From Calditrichaceae bacterium (GTDB lineage Bacteria; Calditrichota; Calditrichia; Calditrichales; JBFXGD01): a DNA stretch of 64,000 bases. The first letter of the stretch is position 1; every line of letters begins with the position of its first letter. The translations under genes and the position numbers were made by a program. Shown here piece by piece: positions 1-10,571 of this stretch. The stretch is taken from NCBI GenBank assembly GCA_050173015.1, contig JBFXLE010000010.1, positions 46,841 through 110,840 on the forward strand, written 5' to 3'. The notes under the pieces are model-generated. The model saw only the letters and a program-made list of their open reading frames with translations, was not told the DNA's origin and did not search any database.

Positions 1-320
1 TAGCTTACCAAATTCTCAACGATTTTCTTGTTATCATGATCTTTGATCTTCGCTTTTGCCTTTACAATCTGCTGTTCCATTTTGTCAATCGCCAGGTCAA
101 TGGATTTGAACACGTCCTCTGATCGCTCTTTAACGACAATCACCTTATGATTCAGGCGCAGAATAAATTCCACAACCTGATCAAGTTTTTCATAAGAGAG
201 GATAACCTCAACATCCATGATTGAGTCAGCAAAGCGGTCGAGTCTTTTCATCTTATCCTCGATGTAGGTCTTAAGACGCTCCGGCGCTTTGTACCCTCTG
301 GCGGTGATTGCTATTTTCAT
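1..320 (-). CDS. hpf: ribosome hibernation promoting factor (HPF/RaiA family), N-terminal part; the C-terminus lies outside the window
   Basis: Absent from the ORF track because it is open at the window edge. Reverse-strand translation from ATG (320-318) reads MKIAITARGYKAPERLKTYIEDKMKRLDRFADSIMDVEVILSYEKLDQVVEF..., a typical HPF/YfiA N-terminus. No stop occurs before position 1. Its ATG overlaps the xer stop (TGATG). Confidence 0.75.
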   Translation of the reverse strand, partial: MKIAITARGYKAPERLKTYIEDKMKRLDRFADSIMDVEVILSYEKLDQVVEFILRLNHKVIVVKERSEDVFKSIDLAIDKMEQQIVKAKAKIKDHDNKKIVENLVS

Positions 321-1243
321 CATGACCTCCTTAATTTTTTTGATGATTTATGTGAGGCGCCCGGATGGGCTTGATTGTATATTTCTTTCAAATGCTCGAT
401 CGACATATGCGTGTAAATCTGCGTAGTCGACAAACTTTCATGTCCCAGCAAATCCTTAACAACTCTTATATTGGCTCCAGCGTTTAATAAATGCGTCGCG
501 TAACTGTGCCTGAGCACATGCGGGCTTTTTTGGGGGGAATTGGATACAAAAGCCAGATACTTCTTCACAATCCTTTGGACAGCCATCGGATACATTTTCT
601 TCCCTGAATTAAGTACAAATAGATTATCGACATCCTTCAGCGCAAATTGAGTTCTGAATGTTAAATATTTTTCAAGAATTTTCACCGCGACGCTGCCGAT
701 AGGTACCACTCTTTCCTTATTCCCTTTTCCGATAATCCGGATCAGATTTTCATTCATATATACATCTGTGACCTTTAGATTTATTAACTCCGTCAGACGC
801 ATTCCGGTTCCATAAAAAAACTCCAGTATTGTAAGATCGCGCACGCCTTCAAATGTGGCGCTGTCGGGCTGCTGCATGAGACGGGTGACTTCGTCTTCCG
901 TCATGTATTCAGGTAATTTTTTTTCGAATCTTGGTAATTTAATGGCCTGGGCAGGGTTAATTTTGATGACCTCCTCACGCGCTAAAAACTTAAAAAGTGA
1001 TTTTATGGCCGCAAGTTTTCTTGCGATGCTGCGTTTTGAAATATCATTTTCCTGCAGGAAGACGAGAAAGTAGCGAAGTGTCTTTTTTTCAATCCGGTTC
1101 CATTCAATCTGACCGGTTCTGAAGTAGTCAAGCGCGAAGTTTTCGAACTGTGTTAAGTCTGCCGCGTACGCCTGCGCGGTATTCCCGGAATATCGTTTTT
1201 CCAGGATTAAAAAATCTAAAAACTTACGGATCTGTGAATCCAT
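320..1243 (-). CDS. xerC: site-specific tyrosine recombinase, XerC/XerD family
   Basis: 307 aa. It has an N-terminal core-binding domain and the C-terminal catalytic signature (ARG...LRHSYATHLL...LLGHESLSTTQIYTH) of phage-integrase-type tyrosine recombinases. Confidence 0.85.
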   Translation of the reverse strand: MDSQIRKFLDFLILEKRYSGNTAQAYAADLTQFENFALDYFRTGQIEWNRIEKKTLRYFLVFLQENDISKRSIARKLAAIKSLFKFLAREEVIKINPAQAIKLPRFEKKLPEYMTEDEVTRLMQQPDSATFEGVRDLTILEFFYGTGMRLTELINLKVTDVYMNENLIRIIGKGNKERVVPIGSVAVKILEKYLTFRTQFALKDVDNLFVLNSGKKMYPMAVQRIVKKYLAFVSNSPQKSPHVLRHSYATHLLNAGANIRVVKDLLGHESLSTTQIYTHMSIEHLKEIYNQAHPGASHKSSKKLRRS

Positions 1244-1304
1244 AATATCTATAACATTATAATTGGGTCAATGGTCTCTGTATTACATACTCGGCATTTA
1301 TTAA

Positions 1305-3548
1305 TCAATTTGCAACGTTTTCTTCAATTATTTCAAATTTACATTCCGGGCATCGTAAAAAATGTCCTTTAGACTTGGAAGACTTTTCATTCATGTATTT
1401 ATTCCCGCAATTTGGACATTTTTGATTTACAGGCTTATCCCAGCTTACAAAATCACATGCCGGATAATTTGTACATCCGTAAAAAATCTTACCGCGTTTG
1501 CTTCTCCGCTCAATGATAGTACCGTCGCATGAATCTTTTGGACAGGAAACCCCTGTATTGACGGTGATGGGTTTTGTGTTTTTGCAGTCAGGATAATTGG
1601 AACACGCTAAAAATTTACCGTATTTTCCTCTTTTAACCACCATGGGACTATTGCATTTATCGCAGACTTCATCCGTTGTTTCCTGTTCTTCATCTTCAAG
1701 CGGTTTGGTATTTTTGCATTCCGGGTATCCGCTACAGGCCATAAACCGACCGTTTCTGCCCCACCGGATTATCATCGGGCGGCCACACTTATCACACGAT
1801 TCGCCGGAATCTTCAAGAAGATCAGACTTTATTTCTTCTTTATTTGCTTCAACGGTTTTTATCGCGCGGTCAAAAGGCGTGTAAAATTCATTCATTACAT
1901 CTTCATACGTGGCGTGGTCACCGGCTATTTCATCCAGCTTTTTTTCCATTGAAGCGGTGAAATCCACATTAAAGATATCAGGGAAATTTTTGATCAGAAT
2001 TTTGTTTACCGTTTCCCCAAGTTCCGTGGCGAACAATTTGCGTTCTTTCAGTTCCACGTATTTGCGGTGGAGAATGGTGCTTACAATCTGGGCGTACGTG
2101 CTCGGACGACCGATTCCGAGCCGGTCCATTTCCTTTACAAGTGTACTTTCCGTATATCTTGCCGGCGGTTTTGTAAAATTTTGCTCCGGCAGAATTTTCT
2201 GCAAATAGCAGGCATCACCTTCATTCAGTCCCGGCGGAATATCTTTCACCCCGTTTTCCTCGTCTTCGCCGGCTGTTTCCCGGTAAACTTTTTCATAACC
2301 AGGAAATTTCATCACTTCGCCTTCGGTCGTAAACAAATAATGACCACCAGTGACTGAGATCGTTGTTTTTTCATATATGGCAGGCATCATCTGGCAGGCC
2401 ACAAATCTCTTCCAGATCAGATTATACAATTTGAATTGCTCCGCCGAGAGCACTCCTTTTAGATTCTCCGGAGCAAACTCGTCCGATATATTGGCGGGCC
2501 GGATCGACTCATGGGCGTCCTGAGCTGATTTTTTCGTTTTATATACTCTCGGATTAGCAGGCAGATATTCATCGCCAAACTGATTTTTGATGTAATCCCG
2601 TGAAGCGTGAAGCGCTTCGGAGCTGATTCTGGTGGAATCGGTACGCATGTAAGTAATCAAACCTACTCTGCCCTGTCCGGGTACATCAACACCCTCGTAC
2701 AATGTTTGCGCGATACTCATGATTCTTTTTGTTGACATATGAAGCATTCGGGAGCCGGATTGCTGCAGGGTACTTGTCGTAAAAGGCGGCTGAGGCTGCC
2801 GTTTAAGTTCTTTTTTATTGATCGCTGTGATTTTCAGGGCCGCGTTTTTGATGGCCGCCACATGATTGTCAGCTGATCCCTGATCGGGAATATGCGCTTT
2901 TTTATTGTTGATTTTTGTCAGTTTCAGCTCAAAGGGATCGGAAATATCCGTTTTTACTACTATCTTGATCGTCCAGAATTCTTCTGATTTAAACTCACGG
3001 ATTTCCTCTTCACGCTTACAGATAATATAGAGAGCCACCGATTGCACTCTTCCGGCGCTCAGACCTCGGTAGATCATTCTCCACAACACCGGACTGATTT
3101 TGTAGCCTACTATGCGGTCCAGAACCCTGCGCGCCTGTTGAGAATTTACCATTTTCATGTCAATAGATCTGGGATGACTCATTGCTGACTCAACACCGCT
3201 TCTGGTAATTTCATGAAATTCAACGCGATGGATTTCTTTTTTGGCCGTATTTAAAACAGAAGAAATATGGTATGCGATCGCTTCGCCTTCCCTGTCAGGG
3301 TCAGTCGCGATATAGATATTATCCGCGCCGGCCGCGAGAGCTCTTAATTCCTTGATTATTTTTTCTTTACCGCGAATATTTATATACTGCGGTTTAAATC
3401 CGTCTTCTATATTGACGCCAAACTTGTTTTTGGGCAAATCAATGATATGACCAACCGATGCGGCAACTTTAAAATCAGCCCCGAGGTATTTATTGATGGT
3501 CTTTGCTTTTGCCGGTGATTCTACTATCACTAAAGATTTGTGTGCCAT
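1305..3548 (-). CDS. topA: DNA topoisomerase I (type IA) with C-terminal Zn-ribbon repeats
   Basis: The N-terminus KSLVIVESPAKAKTINKYLG is a Toprim domain; DPDREGEAIA is also present. There are several C-terminal CxxC...CxxC zinc ribbons (CDKCGRPM, CDKCNSPM, CPNCGNKY). The likely start is MAHKS (3548) rather than the first ATG of the ORF (3557). Confidence 0.95.
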   Translation of the reverse strand: MAHKSLVIVESPAKAKTINKYLGADFKVAASVGHIIDLPKNKFGVNIEDGFKPQYINIRGKEKIIKELRALAAGADNIYIATDPDREGEAIAYHISSVLNTAKKEIHRVEFHEITRSGVESAMSHPRSIDMKMVNSQQARRVLDRIVGYKISPVLWRMIYRGLSAGRVQSVALYIICKREEEIREFKSEEFWTIKIVVKTDISDPFELKLTKINNKKAHIPDQGSADNHVAAIKNAALKITAINKKELKRQPQPPFTTSTLQQSGSRMLHMSTKRIMSIAQTLYEGVDVPGQGRVGLITYMRTDSTRISSEALHASRDYIKNQFGDEYLPANPRVYKTKKSAQDAHESIRPANISDEFAPENLKGVLSAEQFKLYNLIWKRFVACQMMPAIYEKTTISVTGGHYLFTTEGEVMKFPGYEKVYRETAGEDEENGVKDIPPGLNEGDACYLQKILPEQNFTKPPARYTESTLVKEMDRLGIGRPSTYAQIVSTILHRKYVELKERKLFATELGETVNKILIKNFPDIFNVDFTASMEKKLDEIAGDHATYEDVMNEFYTPFDRAIKTVEANKEEIKSDLLEDSGESCDKCGRPMIIRWGRNGRFMACSGYPECKNTKPLEDEEQETTDEVCDKCNSPMVVKRGKYGKFLACSNYPDCKNTKPITVNTGVSCPKDSCDGTIIERRSKRGKIFYGCTNYPACDFVSWDKPVNQKCPNCGNKYMNEKSSKSKGHFLRCPECKFEIIEENVAN

Positions 3549-3629
3549 ATATCTCAATAACTTTTGGTTGTGATTTGTTGTTAACGCGGGACGATATCAT
3601 CTAAGTTTCGGATCTCAGTAAAAATCTGG

Positions 3630-4094
3630 CTAATGTATGGTATTGGATCCCAGTTGGTAGAAAAATCCTTCATAAAAATTACCCGGATCAGCGCCCAATA
3701 CCATTGATGCTGTGATACTCTTAATATCATCCAGTGTGATATTGGTTGTCCCCAGCGATAATGATTTCTCGATCGCGGATTCAATCCCCGATTCGTCCAG
3801 AATACCTAACTGCCATAACTGCAGAAGATACCCGTATGCATCAGGTGATACAACCAGTTTTTCAAGTTCGTGTAAAACACGGATCGATTTCCCGCTATAC
3901 TGAAACTCGGCTTTTTGCGGAGCCTGTTCTTTTTGCAAATGATTAAATATCCAGGAAAAAGCTATGTTTATTTCATTTTCGGTATAACCGCGTGATCTTA
4001 GTTCTTCCGATAAATCAACATAATTTTCGTCTGAGTGCTGGTGCTGAAATTCACCCATCAGGTACACTATTATCTCAATAATTCGTTCTTGCAT
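3630..4094 (-). CDS. smg: Smg protein (DUF494 family)
   Basis: 154 aa. The length, acidic composition and pattern (..IIVYLM..; RV..E.E.L....GYLL.L.Q.GIL....E..IE.....LDD.K......L) resemble E. coli Smg. Position next to topA is the classic synteny. Confidence 0.65.
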   Translation of the reverse strand: MQERIIEIIVYLMGEFQHQHSDENYVDLSEELRSRGYTENEINIAFSWIFNHLQKEQAPQKAEFQYSGKSIRVLHELEKLVVSPDAYGYLLQLWQLGILDESGIESAIEKSLSLGTTNITLDDIKSITASMVLGADPGNFYEGFFYQLGSNTIH

Positions 4095-4338
4095 CTGTTT
4101 CCTTATGTATAGTCCAAAAAAAACTACACTTTTGTTAATAAAAAATCAAGTCATTAAACCGTACATTATATAATTAGTTTCATTATAAATATATTGGATG
4201 AAAATATATCCGTTTTGTGACAAATATTCCTTTTTATGTCAGGATACCTGAAAAGACAAAAAATAATGAAGAAAAAAATATCCGGCAAAGTTACCTCTGC
4301 CGGATCAAAAATACAATCATGCCATATCGAAATCAAAT

Positions 4339-5028
4339 TTAATCACTTCCCCATGTGCCCCCTGCAATTTCATTCCCGGAGCTATTATACTTCTTCCACC
4401 ATCCGTTGCCACTTGAATCCCAATGTGATTCAAAGAGAAGATTGCCGTTATTGTAAATAAGGAAACTGCCGCTACCATCGGCGTTTGCTGTCGATTCATG
4501 GCTGAACATTCCAAAATTGAAAGTACAAATCACGTTGCCATCGTCATCCGTTTCACAGGAAGAGACAAAAGCCACCTCTTCAGAGTTCATCTGATAAAAT
4601 GTCCAGGATGATGATTTCCTGTCACCGCTTTGATACCCCTCCATGGCCAGCCAGTTGTCATACATCAATATGCCGATTGACCCATCAAGAATCATTTGCC
4701 AAACAATCGAATCATCATCTCCGACCGTGGCCTTTATGGTTATCGTAAGATCGTTATTCGTGCTTGTCCAAACCCATGTATCACCGTCTCTCACGGCATC
4801 TATGTCGTCAAAAATATTGCCAATCCACAGCATCCACGGTCCGAGCATCACGCCTGTGTACTGAAATTCGGTGTAAACTTCCGGTGGCGCGTCTGTCGGC
4901 GGCGAGGCCAGATTCAGATTTGGCAGTGATGGCGGTGTGTCTTTGTTGGAATTTCCTGAAGTACTATCTGAGCAGGAATAAATGGTGAATGCCGAAAATA
5001 TAAAAGCTAAAATGATTAACTTTTTCAT
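4339..5028 (-). CDS. hypothetical lipoprotein
   Basis: 229 aa. Signal peptide with lipobox (AFTIYS-C-SDS). I recognise no family. Confidence 0.6.
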   Translation of the reverse strand: MKKLIILAFIFSAFTIYSCSDSTSGNSNKDTPPSLPNLNLASPPTDAPPEVYTEFQYTGVMLGPWMLWIGNIFDDIDAVRDGDTWVWTSTNNDLTITIKATVGDDDSIVWQMILDGSIGILMYDNWLAMEGYQSGDRKSSSWTFYQMNSEEVAFVSSCETDDDGNVICTFNFGMFSHESTANADGSGSFLIYNNGNLLFESHWDSSGNGWWKKYNSSGNEIAGGTWGSD

Positions 5029-5094
5029 AAAGATCCCCCCCGGCTTCTTATATGGTAAGATAATTGCTGTTGACTAAAATCAAAATGACATTTG

Positions 5095-6777
5095 TCACAA
5101 TACTTCAACTTTTTTTAAATCTTCAACTGTCAGCTGGAGCCTTTCAGTCCCTCTCCAATTGTTTATATTCACTCTGAAGGCCACATCAATGGTATCTCCG
5201 AACATAATATCATCCTTATAGCATCCTCCGCCCCACCATATACACTCGAACAACTGATTTCCTCTTTGCACGGATAATTTCAGGTGCTTTCCGTTGCTTA
5301 ACAACATCATATCACGAACATAAACACTTTTTAGCAAAAGGATTGGTTCGGCGTTGGTCTCGCCGAAGGGCCCTATTTCCTGAATCACCCTGGCTGTGTT
5401 CAGATTAAGCTGATCAATATCTATCACCGAATCAATCACTACTTCCGGTACCAGCTCTTCATGACTCAGCGCCTCGTTTGCATAATCTATAAATTCTTTT
5501 TTGAACTGACTATAATTTTCCGCGGAAATGGTCAAACCCGCTGCTTTGTGATGGCCTCCGTAGTTCAAAAAATAATGATTAAACTGTGTCAGCGCGTTGG
5601 TCACATGAAAAGCGTCAATACTTCTGGCGGACCCCACATAATTTCCGTTCTCATCCCTGGTAAATACAAAAGCCGGTCGTAAGTATTTTTCTTTCAGCCT
5701 GCCGGAAACCAACCCGATCAAACCGGCTAACCATTCTTCATTTTCAACAAAGATCACTTTTTCTGAAGGAATCGCGTCATCCGCCGGCATTAAATTGAGC
5801 GCGTAATCAAGATAACTGGATTGCAGTGTCTGTCTTTTGCGGTTTAAACTATCAAGATGAGCCGACAGTTCCAGAGCTTCTTCTTTTGATTCGGTTATCA
5901 GCAGTTCAACCGAAATTGTGGCTTCTTCCATCCGTCCGGCAGCATTTAATCTGGGCGCCAAAAAATAGCCAACAGAGATCGGGGTAACAACTTTCTCTTT
6001 CACACCGCTGATTTTTTTTAGCGCCATCAGACCGGGTTTCCGGCTTCCGCTCAGAACCTTCAGCCCGAATTTCACAAGCGCGTAATTTTCATCCCGCAAG
6101 GGCATCACATCCGCGATAGTTCCGATCGCCACTAAATCCAACTGATTCAGCAGAAACTGTTTAAAATCGTCCTCCTGCATCAGTTTTTCACTCAGGGCGT
6201 GCAGCAATTTAAACGCGACCGCTACTCCGCAGATAGTTTTAAATGGATATTCAGAATCGGTCCTGTTTGGGTTAATCACCGCGCAGGCGTCAGGAAGATC
6301 TCCTTCCTGCAAATGGTGATCTGTCACTACAACATCGATACCCAGTGATTTTGCATGATCGATCGCGTCATGGGCCGTTATTCCGTTATCAACGGTAATA
6401 ATGAGCTGCATTCCCATTTCAGCGGCCTGATCAACCGCCGACGGTCGCAACCCATAACCGTCCTTTTCCCTGTGAGGCAGGGCGTATTCCACGGGATATC
6501 CAATTTTTCTAAAAAAATATACCATAATTGCCGTGGAAGTCACTCCGTCCACATCATAATCGCCAAAAATGAATATTTTTTCTCCGTTATCGATCGCCCG
6601 GATGATACGCGTGACGGCTTTTTCCATATCAGGAAGCAGATATGGCGAATGAAGCCGATCTGATAATTTGAACGGTTCCAAATGATTTGGAGGCAGATCT
6701 CTGTTATTAAGTATCACATCAACAATTGAATTTCCAGAGTCGGTATTTAGTATTTTCCATAACTTTTCAGGTAGCAT
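5095..6777 (-). CDS. recJ: single-stranded-DNA-specific exonuclease RecJ
   Basis: 560 aa. DHH-family motifs are present (IFGDYDVDGVTS, ITVDNG, VVVTDHH), followed by DHHA1 (GGHHKAAG). Confidence 0.9.
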   Translation of the reverse strand: MLPEKLWKILNTDSGNSIVDVILNNRDLPPNHLEPFKLSDRLHSPYLLPDMEKAVTRIIRAIDNGEKIFIFGDYDVDGVTSTAIMVYFFRKIGYPVEYALPHREKDGYGLRPSAVDQAAEMGMQLIITVDNGITAHDAIDHAKSLGIDVVVTDHHLQEGDLPDACAVINPNRTDSEYPFKTICGVAVAFKLLHALSEKLMQEDDFKQFLLNQLDLVAIGTIADVMPLRDENYALVKFGLKVLSGSRKPGLMALKKISGVKEKVVTPISVGYFLAPRLNAAGRMEEATISVELLITESKEEALELSAHLDSLNRKRQTLQSSYLDYALNLMPADDAIPSEKVIFVENEEWLAGLIGLVSGRLKEKYLRPAFVFTRDENGNYVGSARSIDAFHVTNALTQFNHYFLNYGGHHKAAGLTISAENYSQFKKEFIDYANEALSHEELVPEVVIDSVIDIDQLNLNTARVIQEIGPFGETNAEPILLLKSVYVRDMMLLSNGKHLKLSVQRGNQLFECIWWGGGCYKDDIMFGDTIDVAFRVNINNWRGTERLQLTVEDLKKVEVL

Positions 6778-6885
6778 ATATTTTTATTTAAACCTCCGGT
6801 CCTGTTCAAAATCATGTTTTTAAATTTAGGTAAAAACATCCGTAATGATAATCTATGAATTTAAAAGTTTATAATCAAAGCTACT

Positions 6886-9882
6886 TTACAATCTTAAAAT
6901 GGGAAGATCAGAGAGGTCACCTGAACTTGTCATTTCCTTTAAAAACGGGGACGACTTCTGCATCTTGCCAAATCGGTTTTTGACTGCTGTCAGGATAACT
7001 TCTTTTCTTGCTCTCGTAATCCCGACATAAAGAAGTCGTTTTTGTTCTTCCAGTTTTTTGGCGACGGGACGGTTATCCTGATCATCTTTTTTATAGGCAA
7101 AAAAGCTGGGCATGGTATCATCTTCCAGCCCCTGAATGATCACATGGTCAAACTCCAGTCCCTTTGCGGAATGATATGTGAGGAGAGAAACGGCATCAAT
7201 ACTTCCAAGACTATCCTGTGGATTTATCAGCAGGATAAACGATAAAAATTCAGCTATTGCCTGATCGACAGGCTGATGTTTGAACTGATCGGCAATTTCA
7301 AGCATTCGTTTGAACGCGTCATCTTTCATGTCATATGCCGTAATGCCCGTCATCACCTGCTCTGCTCTGCTGCGTATTTTTTCCCTTAATTCCGCTTCCG
7401 AATAATTAAATCTAACGGCAAATTTGCTCAATATTTCTGAATAGGGCGAGAGCAATTTACGCGCGCCCGAAGCAAAAAATATCCGGTCTTCAACGGCCAC
7501 CAGTTTGTCTTCCAGTAAATTTCCCAGGGCAACATACTCGGTAAGATTTTCCCCGGCGATCCTCATCTCCCTTTTTATGGCAACCTGGTGCATTTTCTGA
7601 ATAATTTCATGCAGTACGCGCACATCGTCCAGCGCTCTATGTCTGTTCCCGGGATCAAGCTTAAACCGGTCCGCCAGCGCGTCAATCGAATTTTGCTTAG
7701 CTGGATATAAGTGGCGGGCGAAAACAAGTGAATCATAACGTGTGTTCGGAAGCCGGTCATTTAGCAGGCCGCGTGAATACCGGTCGATTATTTTAAAATC
7801 AAAACTGTATCCGTTATGTGCAATCAATAAATCATTTCCGGCAAAATCGATCATTTTTTTAATAGCTGTTTTCATGTCGGGAGCATCTCTGATATCTTCT
7901 TCGGTGATATGGTGTACCGCCTGCGCTTCCGGTTCGATAGGCATGCCGGGATTAACCAGGATTTGAAACTCATCCGTGATTATAGAATCACGTACACGGA
8001 CGGCCGCGATTTCAACAATCGCGCATTTTTCTGGATCTCTTCCGGTTGTTTCCAGGTCAAACACCACATAATCCCTAAAAAATGGCGTGCGGGACTGTTT
8101 CAGGCCTGACTGCATTCTTCGAAAAAGCGTAGAAATCGAACCCTTTCTCTTTTCATCAGTTTTATCGTGCAAAATTTCTACTTCGCAGGACAATTTTTGG
8201 TCATTCATAGGCGACAGCAAAATTACCACATCCATAGGATTGATATTGATAATATTCTCATTTTTTAAAACATGAACGCGGTTTTGGTATAACAGCTGCA
8301 GCATTTGACAGCCGACAAAAGACAATTGCTCGTTCGTGTGATATACCCAAATTTGCGCCTTCGGATTTCTGGCTTTATTGTTTTCCCTGAAAGCAACATC
8401 GGTTATCTTCTCTACATTATGTTCCAGCATGGTTTTTTCCATGTCCTTTGAGCTGCGTAATATTTCCAGCACCAGGCTGTCAAACTTGTAAAATGATTTC
8501 AGATTCACAAGATTCGCGATGTTTCCGATAAATGCATTTGTTCTCCTTCGAATATCAGATCCGATTTCAGCCCGGTTTGAGAAATCGTTCAAAGCCTTCC
8601 TGAAAGTAGATTTCTCTCCTAAATTCTGATAATTCTGAATCTGTTTGTATATGTGATGTCCCAGCTCTATTTCCACCAGCTCTTCAAGGACAAGATTATC
8701 GGCCGGATTTCTGATGAGCTTCAGATACGATAAGAGGCGAACCATTTTTGGCTGATCAAGTAGATTTTTTCCGGATGCCTGTTGATAGGGAATTCTTTCT
8801 TTCAGTAACCTGACGGCAATCTGGTCGCCAAACCGGTGCTGAGGATAGATGATGGCTATCTCGGAGTAATCCGCCTTTTGCGCTGTGTGCCATTCATCTA
8901 TTTTTTTTACTATAAATTCGATCTCTTTCCCCTCTTCTTCAAACAAAGCTACCTGTATCAGATCCTCTTTTTGCGCGTCCGGAATGATAACTTTGTCCGG
9001 CTCAATCCTGTCCGTCGATTTCACGATGGCTTGAGCCGCCCGGGTGATTTTTTCTCCGCTTCTGTAGTTAACTTCGAGAAACACCGGTTCTTCTATTAAA
9101 AAATCATCCATATACTGGCGTATATTTTCCGGATTGGCGCCCCGCCAGGAATAAATTGACTGATCGTCATCAGCCACGACAAAGATATTGCGATGTTTTT
9201 CGGCAAGCATTTTGATAATCTGATACTGAACCAAATCCGTATCCTGAAATTCATCAACGAGAACGGATTGATAGAGAAACCGATACTGATCCAGAATATC
9301 CTTATTTGCCTTTAGAAGAGAAAGCGTTTTGACAAGAATTTGATTATAATCGATAAGGCCGTGTTTTTGGAGATGATTTTCATACTTTTCATAGACCATG
9401 GCCGAAAAAGACGGCAGAGGATTGCCTTTTAACAGGAAATTTGAGAACGCCAGCTGAATGCCTTTGACTACTCTTTCCGGATTTTCCCTAACCTTACCGC
9501 TTATCAGGCTTTTTAGAAGACGATTCTGATAATCATCATCACATATGCTAAAATATTTACTTAATCCCGCGGGTTCATGGTATTTTCTAAGAATATCAAG
9601 ACAAAATGAGTGGATGGTTCCGGTCCTTACTTTCTCCGCCTTCGAATCCAGTATCTTTGTTAATCGCAGTTTTATTTCACCCGCGGCTTTATTGCTGAAT
9701 GTGAGGGCCAGGATGTTTTCAGGGGGGATATTGTAATGATGAACTTCATAAACAATCCGCGCGATCAGAGCCCTGGTTTTTCCGGTTCCGGGTCCCGCTA
9801 TCATCAGCACCGGCTGTCGCGGCGCGGTCACCGCCTTTAGCTGACTTTTGTTTAATTCATCTAAAATTTTCCTGACTGACAT
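6886..9882 (-). CDS. UvrD/PcrA-type SF1 helicase with an internal DnaQ-like DEDDh 3'-5' exonuclease domain
   Basis: Helicase motifs I (AGPGTGKT), Ia, II (VDEFQDTD), III (ADDDQSIYSWRGA), IV (VNYRSG), V (TYHSAKGLEFDHVII) and VI (LLYVGITRARKEV) are all present. Between IV and V lie Exo I (VFDLETTG), Exo II (HNGYSFDF) and Exo III (HRALDDV). The ORF opens with TTG at 9924; ATG at 9882 (MSVRKILDELN) is the likelier start. Confidence 0.85.
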   Translation of the reverse strand: MSVRKILDELNKSQLKAVTAPRQPVLMIAGPGTGKTRALIARIVYEVHHYNIPPENILALTFSNKAAGEIKLRLTKILDSKAEKVRTGTIHSFCLDILRKYHEPAGLSKYFSICDDDYQNRLLKSLISGKVRENPERVVKGIQLAFSNFLLKGNPLPSFSAMVYEKYENHLQKHGLIDYNQILVKTLSLLKANKDILDQYRFLYQSVLVDEFQDTDLVQYQIIKMLAEKHRNIFVVADDDQSIYSWRGANPENIRQYMDDFLIEEPVFLEVNYRSGEKITRAAQAIVKSTDRIEPDKVIIPDAQKEDLIQVALFEEEGKEIEFIVKKIDEWHTAQKADYSEIAIIYPQHRFGDQIAVRLLKERIPYQQASGKNLLDQPKMVRLLSYLKLIRNPADNLVLEELVEIELGHHIYKQIQNYQNLGEKSTFRKALNDFSNRAEIGSDIRRRTNAFIGNIANLVNLKSFYKFDSLVLEILRSSKDMEKTMLEHNVEKITDVAFRENNKARNPKAQIWVYHTNEQLSFVGCQMLQLLYQNRVHVLKNENIININPMDVVILLSPMNDQKLSCEVEILHDKTDEKRKGSISTLFRRMQSGLKQSRTPFFRDYVVFDLETTGRDPEKCAIVEIAAVRVRDSIITDEFQILVNPGMPIEPEAQAVHHITEEDIRDAPDMKTAIKKMIDFAGNDLLIAHNGYSFDFKIIDRYSRGLLNDRLPNTRYDSLVFARHLYPAKQNSIDALADRFKLDPGNRHRALDDVRVLHEIIQKMHQVAIKREMRIAGENLTEYVALGNLLEDKLVAVEDRIFFASGARKLLSPYSEILSKFAVRFNYSEAELREKIRSRAEQVMTGITAYDMKDDAFKRMLEIADQFKHQPVDQAIAEFLSFILLINPQDSLGSIDAVSLLTYHSAKGLEFDHVIIQGLEDDTMPSFFAYKKDDQDNRPVAKKLEEQKRLLYVGITRARKEVILTAVKNRFGKMQKSSPFLKEMTSSGDLSDLPILRL

Positions 9883-10112
9883 CTGCAAATCCCTGTTAGT
9901 ATTTTTAATCCCGGCGGGTTGCAACTTTTGTTTTCGGATCTAAGAATATTTGATGAGAATAACCGGAATTGTGAACGGGCAATTATAAATTTATTGTCTC
10001 GTCGCGGCTGTTGATTCCGAATTATGTTCTGAGATACAACCGGATTTAACGGCCGGATAATTTATGTTCAAAGATATATGAATAATATACAAAAAACGGA
10101 TTAGCGTTGTAA

Positions 10113-10571
10113 CTATTTATTTTGACCGTTTAAAAAGGCTCCTAATTGCATGAAGGACAATTCAAACTCCTCCTTATGCAAGAACGCCGCGTAACGCTTG
10201 CGGCTTGCCACTAATTTTGTATTGTCATAAATTTCAGCGAAATCAACAATATACCGGTACCCCTCAAAGCGGCTGGCTGGCAATGGATCATACAGAACAA
10301 GCGCATCAGTCAATGCCGGAAATGATTCGTTTGATGTTATGATAACCGGATCCTCCGGCGCTACGGATGGATCATTCATTATTGAATGGGGCACAAAACT
10401 ATCCTGTTTCCAATTCCAGAGAAGATTATCGAGATTAAAAGCGCCCTTTTTATCCGCCACATAAACGGTCGCGCGCAATTTTTTATTGAATAATTTTTCG
10501 ACAATATCGCAGACGTATCTTTCTTTGGCGGTAATTTTTAATTCTATAAATGTAACGGATATTTTTGTCAT
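10113..10571 (-). CDS. holC: DNA polymerase III chi subunit-like protein
   Basis: 152 aa. The pattern ...VYV.....A..LD.LLW.....SFVPH... matches the conserved core of HolC (E. coli ...RVLIACEDEKQAYRLDEALWARPAESFVPHNL). The ATG overlaps the upstream OMP stop (TAATG). Confidence 0.55.
   Translation of the reverse strand: MTKISVTFIELKITAKERYVCDIVEKLFNKKLRATVYVADKKGAFNLDNLLWNWKQDSFVPHSIMNDPSVAPEDPVIITSNESFPALTDALVLYDPLPASRFEGYRYIVDFAEIYDNTKLVASRKRYAAFLHKEEFELSFMQLGAFLNGQNK

Noticed and set aside
6886-9924. Helicase-nuclease as a phage-defence gene (Gabija/Nhi-like).
   Set aside because: It is a single gene embedded in a conserved housekeeping block (topA, smg, recJ, chi-like). It has no partner genes, no mobile-element neighbours and no compositional oddity visible by eye. 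A repair or recombination role is the more parsimonious reading.
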